Origin: an uncultured delta proteobacterium
GTDB lineage: Bacteria > Myxococcota_A > Polyangia > Polyangiales > Polyangiaceae
DNA length: 64,000 bases
Direction: 5' to 3'
NCBI GenBank assembly: GCA_963716725.1
Contig: CAVQUB010000005.1
Span: 416,001 to 480,000, forward strand
Shown: positions 30,891-41,581 of the stretch, piece after piece
Numbering within the stretch: position 1 is the first letter of the stretch
How the letters are laid out: the number at the start of each line of letters is the position of its first letter
Notes under the pieces: model-generated
Told to the model about the DNA's origin: nothing
What the model saw: the letters and a program-made list of their open reading frames with translations, nothing else
Database searches by the model: none
Position numbers and translations under genes: made by a program

Positions 30891-31097
30891 TTCATGGATT
30901 GAACGGCGCTTGCGGGAAAACTGTCACGCGAGGAAATGCCGAATCTGAGTTCGGCGCCGAGGAGGCCGGCCGGCTGCCCCTGCCTTTCGACCGGCCGTGG
31001 GCGGTTCGCTGGGCCAGGTTTGAAAGAAGCTTCGCGCCCCAGGCGGACGACCCCCGAGTGATGCTGCCACCGGGTCCAGTGGTATGCTCCCGCCATC

Positions 31098-33550
31098 ATG
31101 TCGCGACGCTCGAGGTTGGTGCTGGGGATTTCGGTGGCGACGATCGCCCTCGCGCAGGCTTGCAGCTGTAGCGACGAGGGCGAAGAGGCATCGAACGTCC
31201 CGGGGACGGGCGGCCAAGGGACCGGGGGCAGCGCAGGTGACGCCAGTCAGGAGGGGCTCATCTTCCCGGATGGTAACCCCGGCGAGGTCAGCGTCACCTG
31301 TCCGGGTGGCTGCCCCGAGGGGCAGATCTGCATCAACGGGTTCTGCGTCACGCAGACCGCATGCACCGACGACAATGACTGCAAGAACGACACTTATTGC
31401 GAGCCCGGGACCGGGTGCGTTCCGTGGGGGCAACCGCCGGGAAAAGACTTCGATCCCACCTGCCAGGTTGGTTTGCCTCCCGGAAACTTCGCTCCGGCCA
31501 TCAAGTGCGAGTTCTCATCGGCTCCGGCGGGTGATCCCTTTCCGAACCACAAGGACGTGCAGGCGACGCCCGTCGTCGTGAACTTCAACAAGGCCGGGCA
31601 AGGCCCGCCGAGCATCGTCTCGCCCTTCACGGCGACCGTGGTCAGCTCCTACACCGAGAACCAGGGCGTCGTGCGCGTACTGCGTGGCGACAACTGCCAG
31701 CTCGAAGCCAATCTGGGCGGTGGTCAGAGCGGGCACGCGGGCTTCCTCATCTCCTCATCGTCGGTCGCAGCCGGCGATCTGGACGGCGATGGCACGGCGG
31801 AGATCGTCGCCAACGCCGCTGATGGATCCCTGGTCGCGTTCACGCGCAAGGCTGGAGTCTGGGGCAAGCTCTGGCAGTCGCCCACCGGACTGGGCGGCGG
31901 ACAGTGGGCCGGGCCGGCCATCCACGATCTCGACGACGACGGCGTGCCCGAGGTCATCCGGCAAGGTGCGGTCCTCGACGGCACGACCGGCGCGTTGAAG
32001 AGCGGGAATCCGCCGGGCTACGCCAGCTACAGCCAGGGTCTCGATCCCGTGCTGGCCAACCTCGATCAAGATCCCGGCGTCGAAATTACCAACGGGCAGT
32101 TCGTCTGGGAGTGGAAGGGCGGCGCGTGGGTGCAGGAGACCACCTTCCCCGGTGCGACGCCATCGGCGCCGGGCTTCGTGGCCGTGGCGGACTTCGGTGC
32201 CTACGGCGCGAGCGTGCCGGCGACGAACCCCGAGATCGCGGTGGTGCGCGGCGGCTACGCGATGATCTACGCCATCGACGGCGCCCTCGCGATGCCGGCC
32301 CTGAGCGTGCCCGGTGGCGGCGGCGGTCCGCCGACCGTCGCAGACTACGACGGCGACGGCCTGCCGGAGCTCGGCGTCGCGGGGCAGGCGTTCCTCACCG
32401 TCTTCGACATCGACTGCACGACGACGCCGCGTCCCAGCGGCACCTGTCAGAATACGAACGGCTGCGACGACGCGACCGGAACGGCTGGGCCCTGCACGAC
32501 GGGCATCCTGTGGTCCCGTCGCACTCAGGACATCTCGAGCAACATCACCGGATCGAGCGTGTTCGACTTCGAAGACGACGGCAAAGCCGAGGTCGTGTAC
32601 GCCGACGAGTGCTTCGTGCGCGTCTACGACGGCACCAATGGTCGCGCTCTCTTCAGCCAGTACCGTTCGTCGTGCACCTGGTACGAGAACCCGGTCGTAG
32701 CGGACACCGACGGCAACTTCCGCGCCGATCTGGTCACGCCCTCCAATCTCGCCTGCTCCGACGGCGTGAACGGAATTGCCTGCTCGATGCTGAACGCGGA
32801 CGGCGTCGATCCGCAGTTTGCTGGGGCGGGCTGCTCGTCAACAAGGACTGCGTCAGCAACGTCTGCGACAACGGATACTGCCGGTGCACCTCGACGGCGC
32901 AGTGCTGCGCCGCGGGCACCGACGCCGCCTGCCTCGATCAAGGCGTAAAGTGCGCGGCTCCGCCGGCGGGTCTGCCGGGCAGCGGCAATACCTGTCGCGC
33001 GAACCACCCGAAGGGTGTGTCGGGCATCCGCGTCTACCAAGACGCCACCGACCGCTGGGTGCGCTCCCGCACGATCTGGAATCAGCACGCCTACCACGTG
33101 ACGCACATCAACGAAGACGGCACCGTGCCGAAGACCAGCGCTTGGCAGAAGAACTGGACCGATCCCAAGCTGAACAACTTCCGCCAGAACGTGCCCGGTG
33201 ACGCCAGCGGCCAGGACATCCCAGACATGACGGCGGGAATTGCCGGGTTCAGCTGTGGCTCGGGCGGCGCGCTGCTCAACGCGCCCGTCTGTAACCGCGG
33301 CACCGCGCCCATCGGCTCCGGCGTCAAGGTTGGCTTCTACGACGGCACCACCAAGGTGTGCGAAACGCCCACCACCCAGGCGCTCGCTCCGGGCAAGTGC
33401 GAGACAGTGACCTGCCTCTGGGCCACGCCGCCGACCAGCACGCCGACGGACATCAAGGTCATCGCTGACGACGACGGCGCGAAGACCGAGTGCAAAGAGG
33501 GCAACAACGAGGGAACCGTGGTCGGCGTGAAGTGCAAGCCGCCGGCGTGA
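31098..33550 (+). CDS. large Cys-rich lipoprotein with FG-GAP/VCBS beta-propeller repeats and CARDB-like C-terminus (frameshift near 32828)
   Basis: Lipobox AQAC; 'GDLDGDGTAEIV', 'DLDDDGVPEVI', 'ADYDGDGLPELGV', 'FDFEDDGKAEVVYADE'; continues 'IWNQHAYHVT..NNFRQN..VCNRG..ECKEGNN'. Confidence 0.85.
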
Positions 33551-33563
33551 CGCGCGCGCCAAT

Positions 33564-34319
33564 TCAGCGCACGAAGATCATGCCCTGTTTCCCGTTCATG
33601 TCGGCGTTGTAGTTGCAGTCGGTGTCCTCCCCCATCTTCCAGCCGTCCGAGAGCAGGCCGAAGGCCTCGAGCTCCGTGGTGTCCCGCACGTAATAGGCAT
33701 TGTTCCGATCCGTGTAGCCGACGTGCGCCATCATGGAAACCGTGCCGGTCAGCGGGCAGTCGCCCACCACCACCTTCACCGCCGGCGTGAGCAGATACGG
33801 GAGCTGGGCATATGTCTTCAAGAACGCCAGTGGCACCTTGGCGACGAAGCCCTTGACGATCCCGTAACCGCTATCGCGCTGAGCCAACAGGATCTCGGTG
33901 AACACGAAGCCGTTGGCGCTCAGGTTGAGGGAGTAGGGCAGGCTCGGGTTGTCCGGTGCCCCGGTGCCGAAGCGCCAGCCGAAGGTGGCGTCGTCCGGAG
34001 CCGCCTCGACCGATCGCGCGACGAGCGTCCAGCCGCCGCCGGCGAGGCTCATTTCGCAATGAGCCAGGAATTGCTTGCCTCCCGCGGTCCTCAGCGTCTG
34101 CACCCCACTCTGGGTCGAGCCCGCTGCCCGGAGTGTCTCGCAAGTGACCGCGCCCAGGCCCCCGTCGGCGCCGCCCTTTCCGCCGACTCCGCCACTTCCA
34201 CCGCCACTTCCACCGCCGCTGCTGCCCGCGGCTCCGCCGGTCCCCGAGGACGAGAACTCTTCGCCGGAGCACGCGGCAAGCAGCGAGAGCAGCGTGAGCG
34301 CCAGACACGGCCGGACCAT
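33564..34319 (-). CDS. lipoprotein with fibrinogen-like (YCDxxxxGGGW-type) domain
   Basis: Lipobox LAAC, Gly-rich linker, 'TCETLR..SGV..AHCEMSLAGGGWTLVAR', ending 'MIFVR'. Confidence 0.75.
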   Translation of the reverse strand: MVRPCLALTLLSLLAACSGEEFSSSGTGGAAGSSGGGSGGGSGGVGGKGGADGGLGAVTCETLRAAGSTQSGVQTLRTAGGKQFLAHCEMSLAGGGWTLVARSVEAAPDDATFGWRFGTGAPDNPSLPYSLNLSANGFVFTEILLAQRDSGYGIVKGFVAKVPLAFLKTYAQLPYLLTPAVKVVVGDCPLTGTVSMMAHVGYTDRNNAYYVRDTTELEAFGLLSDGWKMGEDTDCNYNADMNGKQGMIFVR

Positions 34320-34365
34320 GGATCGAAGCGAAGCAGGCGCGGGGGCGAACGTCAATTCGGATCCG

Positions 34366-34995
34366 TCAGCTGCGCTCCGCCGTGGCGACGAGCACCCAGC
34401 CGAAGGCGATGGCTTCGAGGGTCGTGCGCTCCGCACTCACCCCTTCGAATAAGCGGCGCAAGCTCGCCGAATCGAGCTTGGAGGGGTGGAGCGCCTTGCG
34501 ACTGAAGCCTTGCGCGCGGGCGATGACCTCGAGCACCGTGCGCTCGAGCAGGATCAACGAGCGCGATGCGTAGTTGGGCGTCGTGAGGAAGACGCGACCG
34601 CCGGGTCGAACCACACGGAACGCTTCCGCCAACCAAGCCGCAGGGTCGGGTACATGCTCGATCACATCCATGGAGACCAAGCCATCGAAGTGCGCGTCGG
34701 GGTAGGGCAGCGGATCGCCGGCAACGATCACCTCCGCGCGCGCGATACGCTCGCCGTGAAGCGCGTTGGCCAAGCTCATCGCCCTTGGGTCGATGTCCGC
34801 GAGCGTGAATTCCTTGCCGACAGCATCGATCGACTCGAGGTCGAAGAAGGGACCCGAGCCGAGATTGAGGATGCGCGGCCCAGGCACTCGCCGGACGAAG
34901 TGATCGAGCGCTCGGACGATGGGCCCATGGTAGAGGCGCCAAGGGAATCGCAGCTTGAGCCGGTGATTCGAGAAATAGTCGACCGCCTCCGTCAC
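34366..34995 (-). CDS. class I SAM-dependent methyltransferase
   Basis: 'ILNLGSG', 'LPYPDAHFD..DVIEHV', 'RPGGRVFLTTPN'. Confidence 0.88.
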   Translation of the reverse strand: MTEAVDYFSNHRLKLRFPWRLYHGPIVRALDHFVRRVPGPRILNLGSGPFFDLESIDAVGKEFTLADIDPRAMSLANALHGERIARAEVIVAGDPLPYPDAHFDGLVSMDVIEHVPDPAAWLAEAFRVVRPGGRVFLTTPNYASRSLILLERTVLEVIARAQGFSRKALHPSKLDSASLRRLFEGVSAERTTLEAIAFGWVLVATAERS

Positions 34996-34999
34996 GCAG

Positions 35000-35845
35000 T
35001 CACTCCGGTCGCGAGCAGACCACCAACAACTCCGCGGTGGGTGCCGACTCCCCTTCCGCTTCCAGAGCAGCGCGCACCAACTCGTAGGCCGGCCGTGCTG
35101 CCCACCTCCGAAGCCGCGGAAAGTTCGTCCAGCGCGTGGTCATCTTCTTGTTCACCAGACCCAAGAGCGAGGGCAACAGCAAGAGCTCGAAGGTCACGGT
35201 CGTCGCAGTGCTCAGCACGGGGTCCACTCGCTCGACCACCAGGCCGGCCTTCTCGACGCGACGCCGCCACTCGGCCTCGTCGTACAAGTGGCGGTGCTTG
35301 AACACGCGGTCCACCGAGTCCTGCAGCGCCCGACCCGCTCCTTCGAGCCCCAGCGCCCGGAGCAAGCGCACGCTGGCGAACCAGCTCGCCCAGTCTCGGT
35401 TCGGCACGAACAGATACGCGCGGCCGCCCGGTTCCAGGCTTCCGCGGATGGTGGCGAGAGCTGCGTCGAGATCGGGAACGTGCTCCAAAGAACAGTTCGC
35501 GATGCAGGTCGCGAAGAACTCCTGGGGCAGCTTGGCGCGAGCGATGTCGCCCAGGATGATCTGCGTGTAGGCGCGGCTCGCGAGGGCCCATCCGCCTTCT
35601 TTTGCGTCGACGTCGATGCCCCAGATCTCTGCGTCCTTGAAGGCTATTCTGGCGAAGAGCCCGTCGCCGCAGCCGACGTCGAGGATGGGCCCGGGGCAGT
35701 CGTAGCGGCGGATCTCGGTCAGACGCGCGCACTCTTTCACGCACAGGGCGGCGGGCGCGAAGGGGAAGTACTTCGTGAAGTCGTCGAAGGATACCTCGTT
35801 CGGCGGGCGCATGGGCTGGTCGAGTCTAGCTCGAAGCGAGGGCAT
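35000..35845 (-). CDS. class I SAM-dependent methyltransferase
   Basis: 'ILDVGCGDGLF', 'NCSLEHVPDL', 'LEPGGRAYLFVP'. Confidence 0.88.
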   Translation of the reverse strand: MPSLRARLDQPMRPPNEVSFDDFTKYFPFAPAALCVKECARLTEIRRYDCPGPILDVGCGDGLFARIAFKDAEIWGIDVDAKEGGWALASRAYTQIILGDIARAKLPQEFFATCIANCSLEHVPDLDAALATIRGSLEPGGRAYLFVPNRDWASWFASVRLLRALGLEGAGRALQDSVDRVFKHRHLYDEAEWRRRVEKAGLVVERVDPVLSTATTVTFELLLLPSLLGLVNKKMTTRWTNFPRLRRWAARPAYELVRAALEAEGESAPTAELLVVCSRPE

Positions 35846-35854
35846 GGCGTCGTG

Positions 35855-36391
35855 TCATCCCGCGCGCAAGAGCAAGCGGACGACCTGCGCGAGCTTGGCT
35901 TCGCCGCGCTTCTTGCTCTCCGCCGAACCACGGGCCGCAGCGCGGACGAGATCACTCAAGTGGCGCCGATCGGCGGCAGGGTGTGCAGCCAAGAGCGCGT
36001 CGAGGGCGCGAGGTCCTTCGCCGACCAGCCGCACGGCCCACTGCCGCGCCGCTCCCTCCTCGGCGCTCGGCTCCGCACCTTCGGGTGGGGCCTCTCCGCG
36101 CGCCAGCAGCGCATCGAGGCGGGTGGCAATTGCTCCCCACTCTCCGCCGCGGAGCAAGCCGCGCACGACGCGTACCTGACGGTCGTGGGCCCGCGCGCTC
36201 TTGATGGCGCGAGCAGTCTGGATCGCGTCGACGAGCCGCTCGTCGAGTCCGAGGCGCGAGAGGGTGGCGCGGCTCACTGCGACCAGCTCTTTCGCCAAGC
36301 GAGTGAGCGCGTCTTCTCGTACGACACGCGCACGCTTCTTGTCGCTGCGCGAGACCAAATCGTCCGCGTCATCCGGGGCGCCGGCGCTCAT
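35855..36391 (-). CDS. yjgA: ribosome biogenesis factor YjgA/DarP (DUF615) family
   Basis: 'SRSDKKR..LAKELV..LDERLVDAI..AHDRQVRVVRGLLR', 'HPAADRRHLSDLVRAA'. Confidence 0.8.
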   Translation of the reverse strand: MSAGAPDDADDLVSRSDKKRARVVREDALTRLAKELVAVSRATLSRLGLDERLVDAIQTARAIKSARAHDRQVRVVRGLLRGGEWGAIATRLDALLARGEAPPEGAEPSAEEGAARQWAVRLVGEGPRALDALLAAHPAADRRHLSDLVRAAARGSAESKKRGEAKLAQVVRLLLRAG

Positions 36392-36400
36392 CGCGGGAAA

Positions 36401-37872
36401 CTAGCGAACCCGCGGGATTCGAGCAAGCAGCAGTCGGCGCAGGGCCTCGCGGAGCTCGGGCTCCGACAGGCTCGCGTACCCAAGGCGCAGAAAGGGCCGC
36501 GGCTTCCCGTCGAAGGCGAAGCGTCGCGCGCTGTGAATGGCCAGGCCGTGACTGGCCGCCCGCGCGCACCAGGCGTCCACGTTCACACCTCGAGCGCGGG
36601 TCCAGAGTGCCAGGCCCCCGGTCGGCACTCGGAACGAGAGCACCTCAGGCAGCTGGCGCGTGAGCGCCTCCACCAAGAAGTCCCGCCGTGCTTGGTAGAT
36701 GCGTCGCGCCTTCCGCGCGTGTCGCTGCAGGACGCCGTCCTCCAGCAACTCGGCCAGCGCCGCTTCGACGGGCAAGTCCCCCTGTTGGTCCACCTGCACG
36801 CGCAGACGCGCGAGCGCGTCGATCACCGGTCGCGGCGCGACCACCCAGCCTGCGCGCAAGCCGGGCGCAAAGATCTTGGAGAGCGTGCCGACGTAGATCA
36901 CGACGCCACCTGCGTCGGCGCTGGCGAGAGGCAGCACGGGTCGCCCTTCGTAGTGAAACTCATAGTCGTAGTCGTCCTCGATCAGGGCGAAACGGTGCCG
37001 ACGGGCCAGCTCGAGTAACGCGAGGCGACGAGGAGCGCTGAGCGTCGCCAGAGTTGGATACTGATGGTGAGGAGTGAGGTAGATCGCGCGCGGCGCCTTG
37101 CGCTCGCACAGGCGCGCGACCGCCTCGACGTCCAACCCCGCCGTGTCGGTAGGCAAGGCAACCAGCTCGACACCGCGCGAGGCGAACGCATCCCAAGCCG
37201 GACGGTATCCCAGCGCTTCGATCCCAACGACGTCGCCGGGTTCAAAGAGCGCGCGGGCGATCAGGTAAAGCGCCATTTGGCTGCCCCGGGTCACGAGCAC
37301 GTCGTCCGCGCCGACGGCCAACCCGCGGGTGGTCGAGAGCATTTCGGCGAGGGCGGCGCGCAGGCGTGGGTGGCCTCGCTCGTGCCCGTAGCCGAGCACG
37401 CGGGTCTTTTCTCGTCGGAGCGCGCGACGAATGGCGCGGGCGAGCTCGGTGCTCGGCGCGAGACGCACGTCTGGGATCCCCCCCGACATCGACAGTGTGC
37501 CTGGAGCGAGCACCGATGCGCCTGGCGCTGACGGCGATCGCAGCTCGAAGCCCGGGCGCAGTGCCAGCGCGGTGCGCCGCGCGAAGCGGCGTGGCGCCAC
37601 CTCGGGCAAATCCGTCGAGACGAAGGCGCCGCTGGCTGGCCGGGTCACGAGCCAGCCTTCGGCGGTCAGTTCGGCGTAGGCTGCGATCACCGTGTTGCGA
37701 TGCACGCCCAGCTGCTCGGCGAGCGTGCGCGAACCGGGCAGACGCTCGCCGCGTCGGAGGCGGCTCCGCCGGATGTCGTCGGAGACGGCCCGGGCGATTC
37801 TTGCGAACAGCGGGCTGTCGTCGCCGTCGTCGAGGGGGAGCGCGAGGCGCCACTCCCGTGCTGGTCTGTCAT
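36401..37872 (-). CDS. MocR/GabR-family PLP-dependent GntR regulator (start uncertain)
   Basis: wHTH 'LPGSRTLAEQLGVHRNTVIAAY'; aminotransferase-like 'TPHHQYPT', 'IEDDYDYEF', 'GTLSKIFAPGLRAGW'; no in-frame ATG near the expected start, ATG 37872 is one frame off. Confidence 0.9.
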
Positions 37873-37906
37873 AAATATCCAAACTGGACCTGCCAGAGGA
37901 TCCAGT
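37861..37906. promoter_or_regulatory. putative MocR operator in the divergent intergenic region
   Basis: Direct repeats CTGGTC (37861) and CTGGAC (37884) around an AT-rich spacer, plus inverted TCCAGT (37901). Confidence 0.6.
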
Positions 37907-37946
37907 AGGCGGGCACGGATGGCAGGTCAATTGCGAGGTCCGAACC

Positions 37947-38597
37947 ATGCGCCTGCTCGAGCCCACCTCCCGCACCACCCTCCGTCGCCGCAAGGAACGC
38001 GGCTCCTTCGACCGTGAGCTGATCGACTCGATCGTCGACGAAGCCCTGATCTGCCACGTGGCTTTTGTTCACGATGGCCACCCTTTCGTGCTCCCGACCA
38101 GCCACGTGCGCGTCGGGGACCGGCTGTACGTGCATGGCGCCCGTCGGAGCCGACTGCTCGAGGCCACCACCCAGGGCGCGCCGGCCTGCATCAGCATCAC
38201 CCTGCTCGATGGCCTGGTGCTGGGCCGATCCGCCATGCACCACTCGATGAACTACCGGTCGGTGGTGATCCTGGCGAGCGGACGCGAGGTCACGTCGCAG
38301 GAGGAGAAACTCCTTGCGCTCGAGGCCTTGGTCGATCGCGCAGTGCCCGGTCGATCGCGCGAGGTGCGACCACCGAGCGAAGCGGAACTGAAGGCCACGA
38401 GAGTGGTGGCGTTTGCCATCGAAGAGGCATCGGCCAAGGTGCGCCAGGGCCCGCCCGTGGACCTCGCCTCGGATCTGGACTCGCACTGCTTCGCGGGTGT
38501 CATTCCGCTGACGCTGGTCGCGTGCGCAGCGGTGCCTGACCCGCAGCTGGGCCCGCTGGCGGCGGCCGCGCCGGCGACGCGTGTGCCGGCTCGTTGA
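37947..38597 (+). CDS. pyridoxamine 5'-phosphate oxidase-like flavin-binding protein (NimA-like)
   Basis: 'RRRKERGSFD..ICHVAF..LYVHGA..SRL..LDGLVLGRSAMHHSMNYRSVV'. Confidence 0.9.
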   Translation: MRLLEPTSRTTLRRRKERGSFDRELIDSIVDEALICHVAFVHDGHPFVLPTSHVRVGDRLYVHGARRSRLLEATTQGAPACISITLLDGLVLGRSAMHHSMNYRSVVILASGREVTSQEEKLLALEALVDRAVPGRSREVRPPSEAELKATRVVAFAIEEASAKVRQGPPVDLASDLDSHCFAGVIPLTLVACAAVPDPQLGPLAAAAPATRVPAR

Positions 38598-38630
38598 GCG
38601 CTCCTGCAGGCGCGCGCCGGCGGCATCGAG

Positions 38631-39344
38631 CTAGTTCCGGCGCGCCTTCTTCGCCTCGTCGCCGACCTTCTCGAGCATGCGCGCGAGTTCCTGCATGGCC
38701 TCGGGGCTGGCTTTGTTCTTCGACGGCGTGGCGGGCCGCGCGGGCGGCGGATTCGACGGGGGCTTCTTTCCCGCGGCGCGCCAGCCGGACCAGGTGGGCG
38801 GCGGGCGCCAGGCCACCGCATCCACGCGTTCGGAGCCCGATGGACCTCGCTTTCGGCGCCCGCTGCGGGCCAGGTGGCCGATCAACTTCCACGCTTCGTG
38901 GCCGTCGAGGGGCGGAACCGGCAAGAGGTTCAACGCAATGAGCCAGAGGTTCGTGAAGGTGAACACGCTCACGAGCTCCGCAACGAAGGGTGTGCGAGGG
39001 TTTCCCAGGAGCGCGAGCCCTGCGAAGGTCCCGGCGAGCAGCAGCGCTTGAGCGACCACGCCTCCCCAGGCGATGAAGCCGCGCTCGGTGGCGGTGGCGC
39101 GCCCGGACCAGTGACACAGGCCCCCGAACCCCGTGATGTCGATGCCCTCGACGCGCAGTCGGAAGGCCCGGACCAATACCGCGTGACCCAGCTCGTGGAT
39201 CAGGACCAGCAGCAGGAATCCCGCCCAAAACCCCGGAGCGAAGCGGAAGCCGCCGAACACCAGGGCACCGATGGGCACGGTCCAGTGCAGGCGGATCGGG
39301 ATCCCTCGCAGGCGGGCGACGGTGAAAGAGCCGCGGTCGAGCAT
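38631..39344 (-). CDS. site-2 protease family (M50) membrane metalloprotease
   Basis: HELGH and 'NLLPVPPLDG' motifs. Confidence 0.9.
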   Translation of the reverse strand: MLDRGSFTVARLRGIPIRLHWTVPIGALVFGGFRFAPGFWAGFLLLVLIHELGHAVLVRAFRLRVEGIDITGFGGLCHWSGRATATERGFIAWGGVVAQALLLAGTFAGLALLGNPRTPFVAELVSVFTFTNLWLIALNLLPVPPLDGHEAWKLIGHLARSGRRKRGPSGSERVDAVAWRPPPTWSGWRAAGKKPPSNPPPARPATPSKNKASPEAMQELARMLEKVGDEAKKARRN

Positions 39345-39411
39345 CGTCAGAGCATCCTAATCACCGGAGGTCCACTGCCCAAGGGGTGTCCGGCCTGCTA
39401 GTGGGACCCGG

Positions 39412-39684
39412 ATGGAACCCAAGCTCTTTGCCACCGTGTTCCTCACGGTGTTTCTTGCCGAGCTCGGCGACAAGACCCAATTGGCCACCCTGCTCTATGC
39501 CTCGGACGGCAAAATCTCGAAGTGGACGGTGTTTTTCGCCGCGTCCGCGGCGCTCGTGCTCACCACCGCGCTGGGAGTCGCGGGCGGCGCGATCCTCTCG
39601 CGTTACGTGTCCGAAAAGGCGCTGCACTGGGTCGCCGGGCTGGGCTTCATCGCCGTCGGGGTCTGGACCTTGGTGAAAGCATAG
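39412..39684 (+). CDS. TMEM165/GDT1 (UPF0016) family single-domain protein
   Basis: 'VFLAELGDKTQLAT' signature. Confidence 0.93.
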   Translation: MEPKLFATVFLTVFLAELGDKTQLATLLYASDGKISKWTVFFAASAALVLTTALGVAGGAILSRYVSEKALHWVAGLGFIAVGVWTLVKA

Positions 39685-39699
39685 GAATAGGCTCGGCAG

Positions 39700-41025
39700 G
39701 TGGCTGCACGCTCACGCATTTTGGTGGCATTGCTCAGCGTAGGCTGCGCGCAGAGCGCGCCGCGCACCGGCGAACCCCAGCCCTCGGTCCCGAGCCCGGC
39801 ATTGAGCGTGCGCCCCGCACAGCCGCCCTCCGCCCAACCCTCGGCGTCCATCCCGACGCCGACGGCGCCGATTGACCTCGAAGCCAAGTCGAAGCAGCTC
39901 GCGCGGCGCTTCATCATCCTCGACGGTCACATCGACGTGCCCTACCGGCTCTGGGGATCCCGAGACAAGGCCGGGAAGATCACCGAAGACGTCACCCAGC
40001 GGACGGCAAAGGGTGACTTCGACTTCCCCCGCGCCAAGGCCGGAGGGCTCGATGCGCCCTTCATGAGCATCTACGTGCCCGCCAAGCTCGAGCGCGGCGG
40101 AGCCAAGAAGCTCGCCGATCAGCTGATCGACCTGGTGGAAGACATCGCGAAGAAGTCTGGCGACGCCTCGCGCGTCGCGCGCTCGCCCGCGGAAGTTCGG
40201 GAGAACTTTGCTCGAGGCAAGCTCTCGCTCCTGCTCGGCATGGAGAACGGGTCGCCGATCGAGAAGAAGCTCGAAAACCTGAAGCACTTTCACGGACGCG
40301 GTGTGCGCTACATCACGCTGGCTCACTCCAAGGACAACCACATCTCCGATTCGTCCTATGACGACCGCCACACGCACAAGGGGCTCAGCCCCTTCGGTGA
40401 GAAGGTCGTGGCCGAGATGAACCGTCTTGGGATCCTGGTCGACGTTTCACACCTCTCGGATGATGCGTTCTGGGACGTGATCGGCGCCAGCAAGGTCCCC
40501 GTCATCGCTTCCCACTCGTCGTGCCGCCACTTCACGCCGGGCTGGGCGCGCAACATGAGTGACGAGATGATCCAATCGCTGGCCAAGCAGGGCGGAGTCA
40601 TCCAGATCAACTTCGGGTCGGGCTTCATCGATCCGAAGATCCAGAAGTCCGAGAGCCAGCGGTGGAGGCGGCGCGCCGCATTCTTGAAAAAGCACAAGCT
40701 CGAGTCGAGCGACCCCAGCGCCAAACCTTTGCTCGAGCAGTTCGAGAAGGACAACCCAGCCAGCTTTGCCACCGTGGAGCAGGTCGCCGATCACGTCGAT
40801 CACGTGAAGAAGCTCGCGGGGGTGGATCATGTCGGTCTGGGCAGCGACTTTGACGGTGTGGGGGACTCGCTGCCCACCGGGCTCAAGGACGCGTCGCAGT
40901 ATCCGAACCTGATCAGGGTACTGCTCGAGCGCGGCTACAGCGAGGCCGAGATCGAGAAGATCTGTTCGGGCAACGTGCTGCGCGTGTGGGAAGCAGCGGA
41001 GCGCTTCGCGGCTGGCGTGCGCTAG
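39700..41025 (+). CDS. membrane dipeptidase (M19) lipoprotein
   Basis: 'DGHIDVP', 'GMENG', 'VDVSH', 'ASHSS', 'RNMSDE', 'GLGSDFDG'; lipobox SVGC. Confidence 0.93.
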   Translation: MAARSRILVALLSVGCAQSAPRTGEPQPSVPSPALSVRPAQPPSAQPSASIPTPTAPIDLEAKSKQLARRFIILDGHIDVPYRLWGSRDKAGKITEDVTQRTAKGDFDFPRAKAGGLDAPFMSIYVPAKLERGGAKKLADQLIDLVEDIAKKSGDASRVARSPAEVRENFARGKLSLLLGMENGSPIEKKLENLKHFHGRGVRYITLAHSKDNHISDSSYDDRHTHKGLSPFGEKVVAEMNRLGILVDVSHLSDDAFWDVIGASKVPVIASHSSCRHFTPGWARNMSDEMIQSLAKQGGVIQINFGSGFIDPKIQKSESQRWRRRAAFLKKHKLESSDPSAKPLLEQFEKDNPASFATVEQVADHVDHVKKLAGVDHVGLGSDFDGVGDSLPTGLKDASQYPNLIRVLLERGYSEAEIEKICSGNVLRVWEAAERFAAGVR

Positions 41026-41026
41026 C

Positions 41027-41581
41027 CTAAGCGCCGCGTTTCACCCACGGCACGTCGGGCACACCTGCCTCGTGATTGGCCCGTCGCGCCAGGACGAAGA
41101 GCAGATCACTCAGCCGGTTGAGGTAGACGATGAGCTCGTCGCGCACCGGAGACGCGCGCCGCAGCGCGACCACCGCGCGCTCGGCGCGCCGGCAGGTGGT
41201 CCGCGCGGCGTGCAGCTGCGCGGCGCCCGTCGTGCCGCCCGGCAGCACGAAGCTCGCGAGGGGCGTCATGCCTTCTTCGGCGCTGTCGATGGCGCGTTCG
41301 AGGCGCCCGATGTCGGCGCCGTCGACCAGCGCCATCTTCAAGCGCGACTCGTGGCCTGGCACGCAGGCCAGCTCAGCGCCCAGGGTGAACAGATCGCTCT
41401 GCACTTCCCTGAGCACTTCGTCGATGGCCGGCACCAGACCGGCTGCTCGCGCCGCGCCGATGGCCGCGTTCGTCTCGTCGACGGTGCCGTAGGTATTCAC
41501 CCGGGCATCGTCTTTGTCGACGCGCGCGCCGCCGAAGAGCCCGGTCGAGCCGGAGTCGCCGGTCTTCGTGTAGATCTTCAA
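41027..41581 (-). CDS. pduO: ATP:cob(I)alamin adenosyltransferase (PduO type)
   Basis: 'KIYTKTGDSGSTGL', 'YGTVDE', 'RTTCRRAER', 'YLNRLSDLLF'. Confidence 0.93.
   Translation of the reverse strand: MKIYTKTGDSGSTGLFGGARVDKDDARVNTYGTVDETNAAIGAARAAGLVPAIDEVLREVQSDLFTLGAELACVPGHESRLKMALVDGADIGRLERAIDSAEEGMTPLASFVLPGGTTGAAQLHAARTTCRRAERAVVALRRASPVRDELIVYLNRLSDLLFVLARRANHEAGVPDVPWVKRGA

Noticed and set aside
35288..37018. Long alternative-frame or antisense ORFs (also 8858-10396, 15146-16786, 44699-46399, 54386-56056, 59805-61721)
   Set aside because: Expected shadow ORFs in high-GC DNA; they overlap genes with clear family motifs and have none of their own
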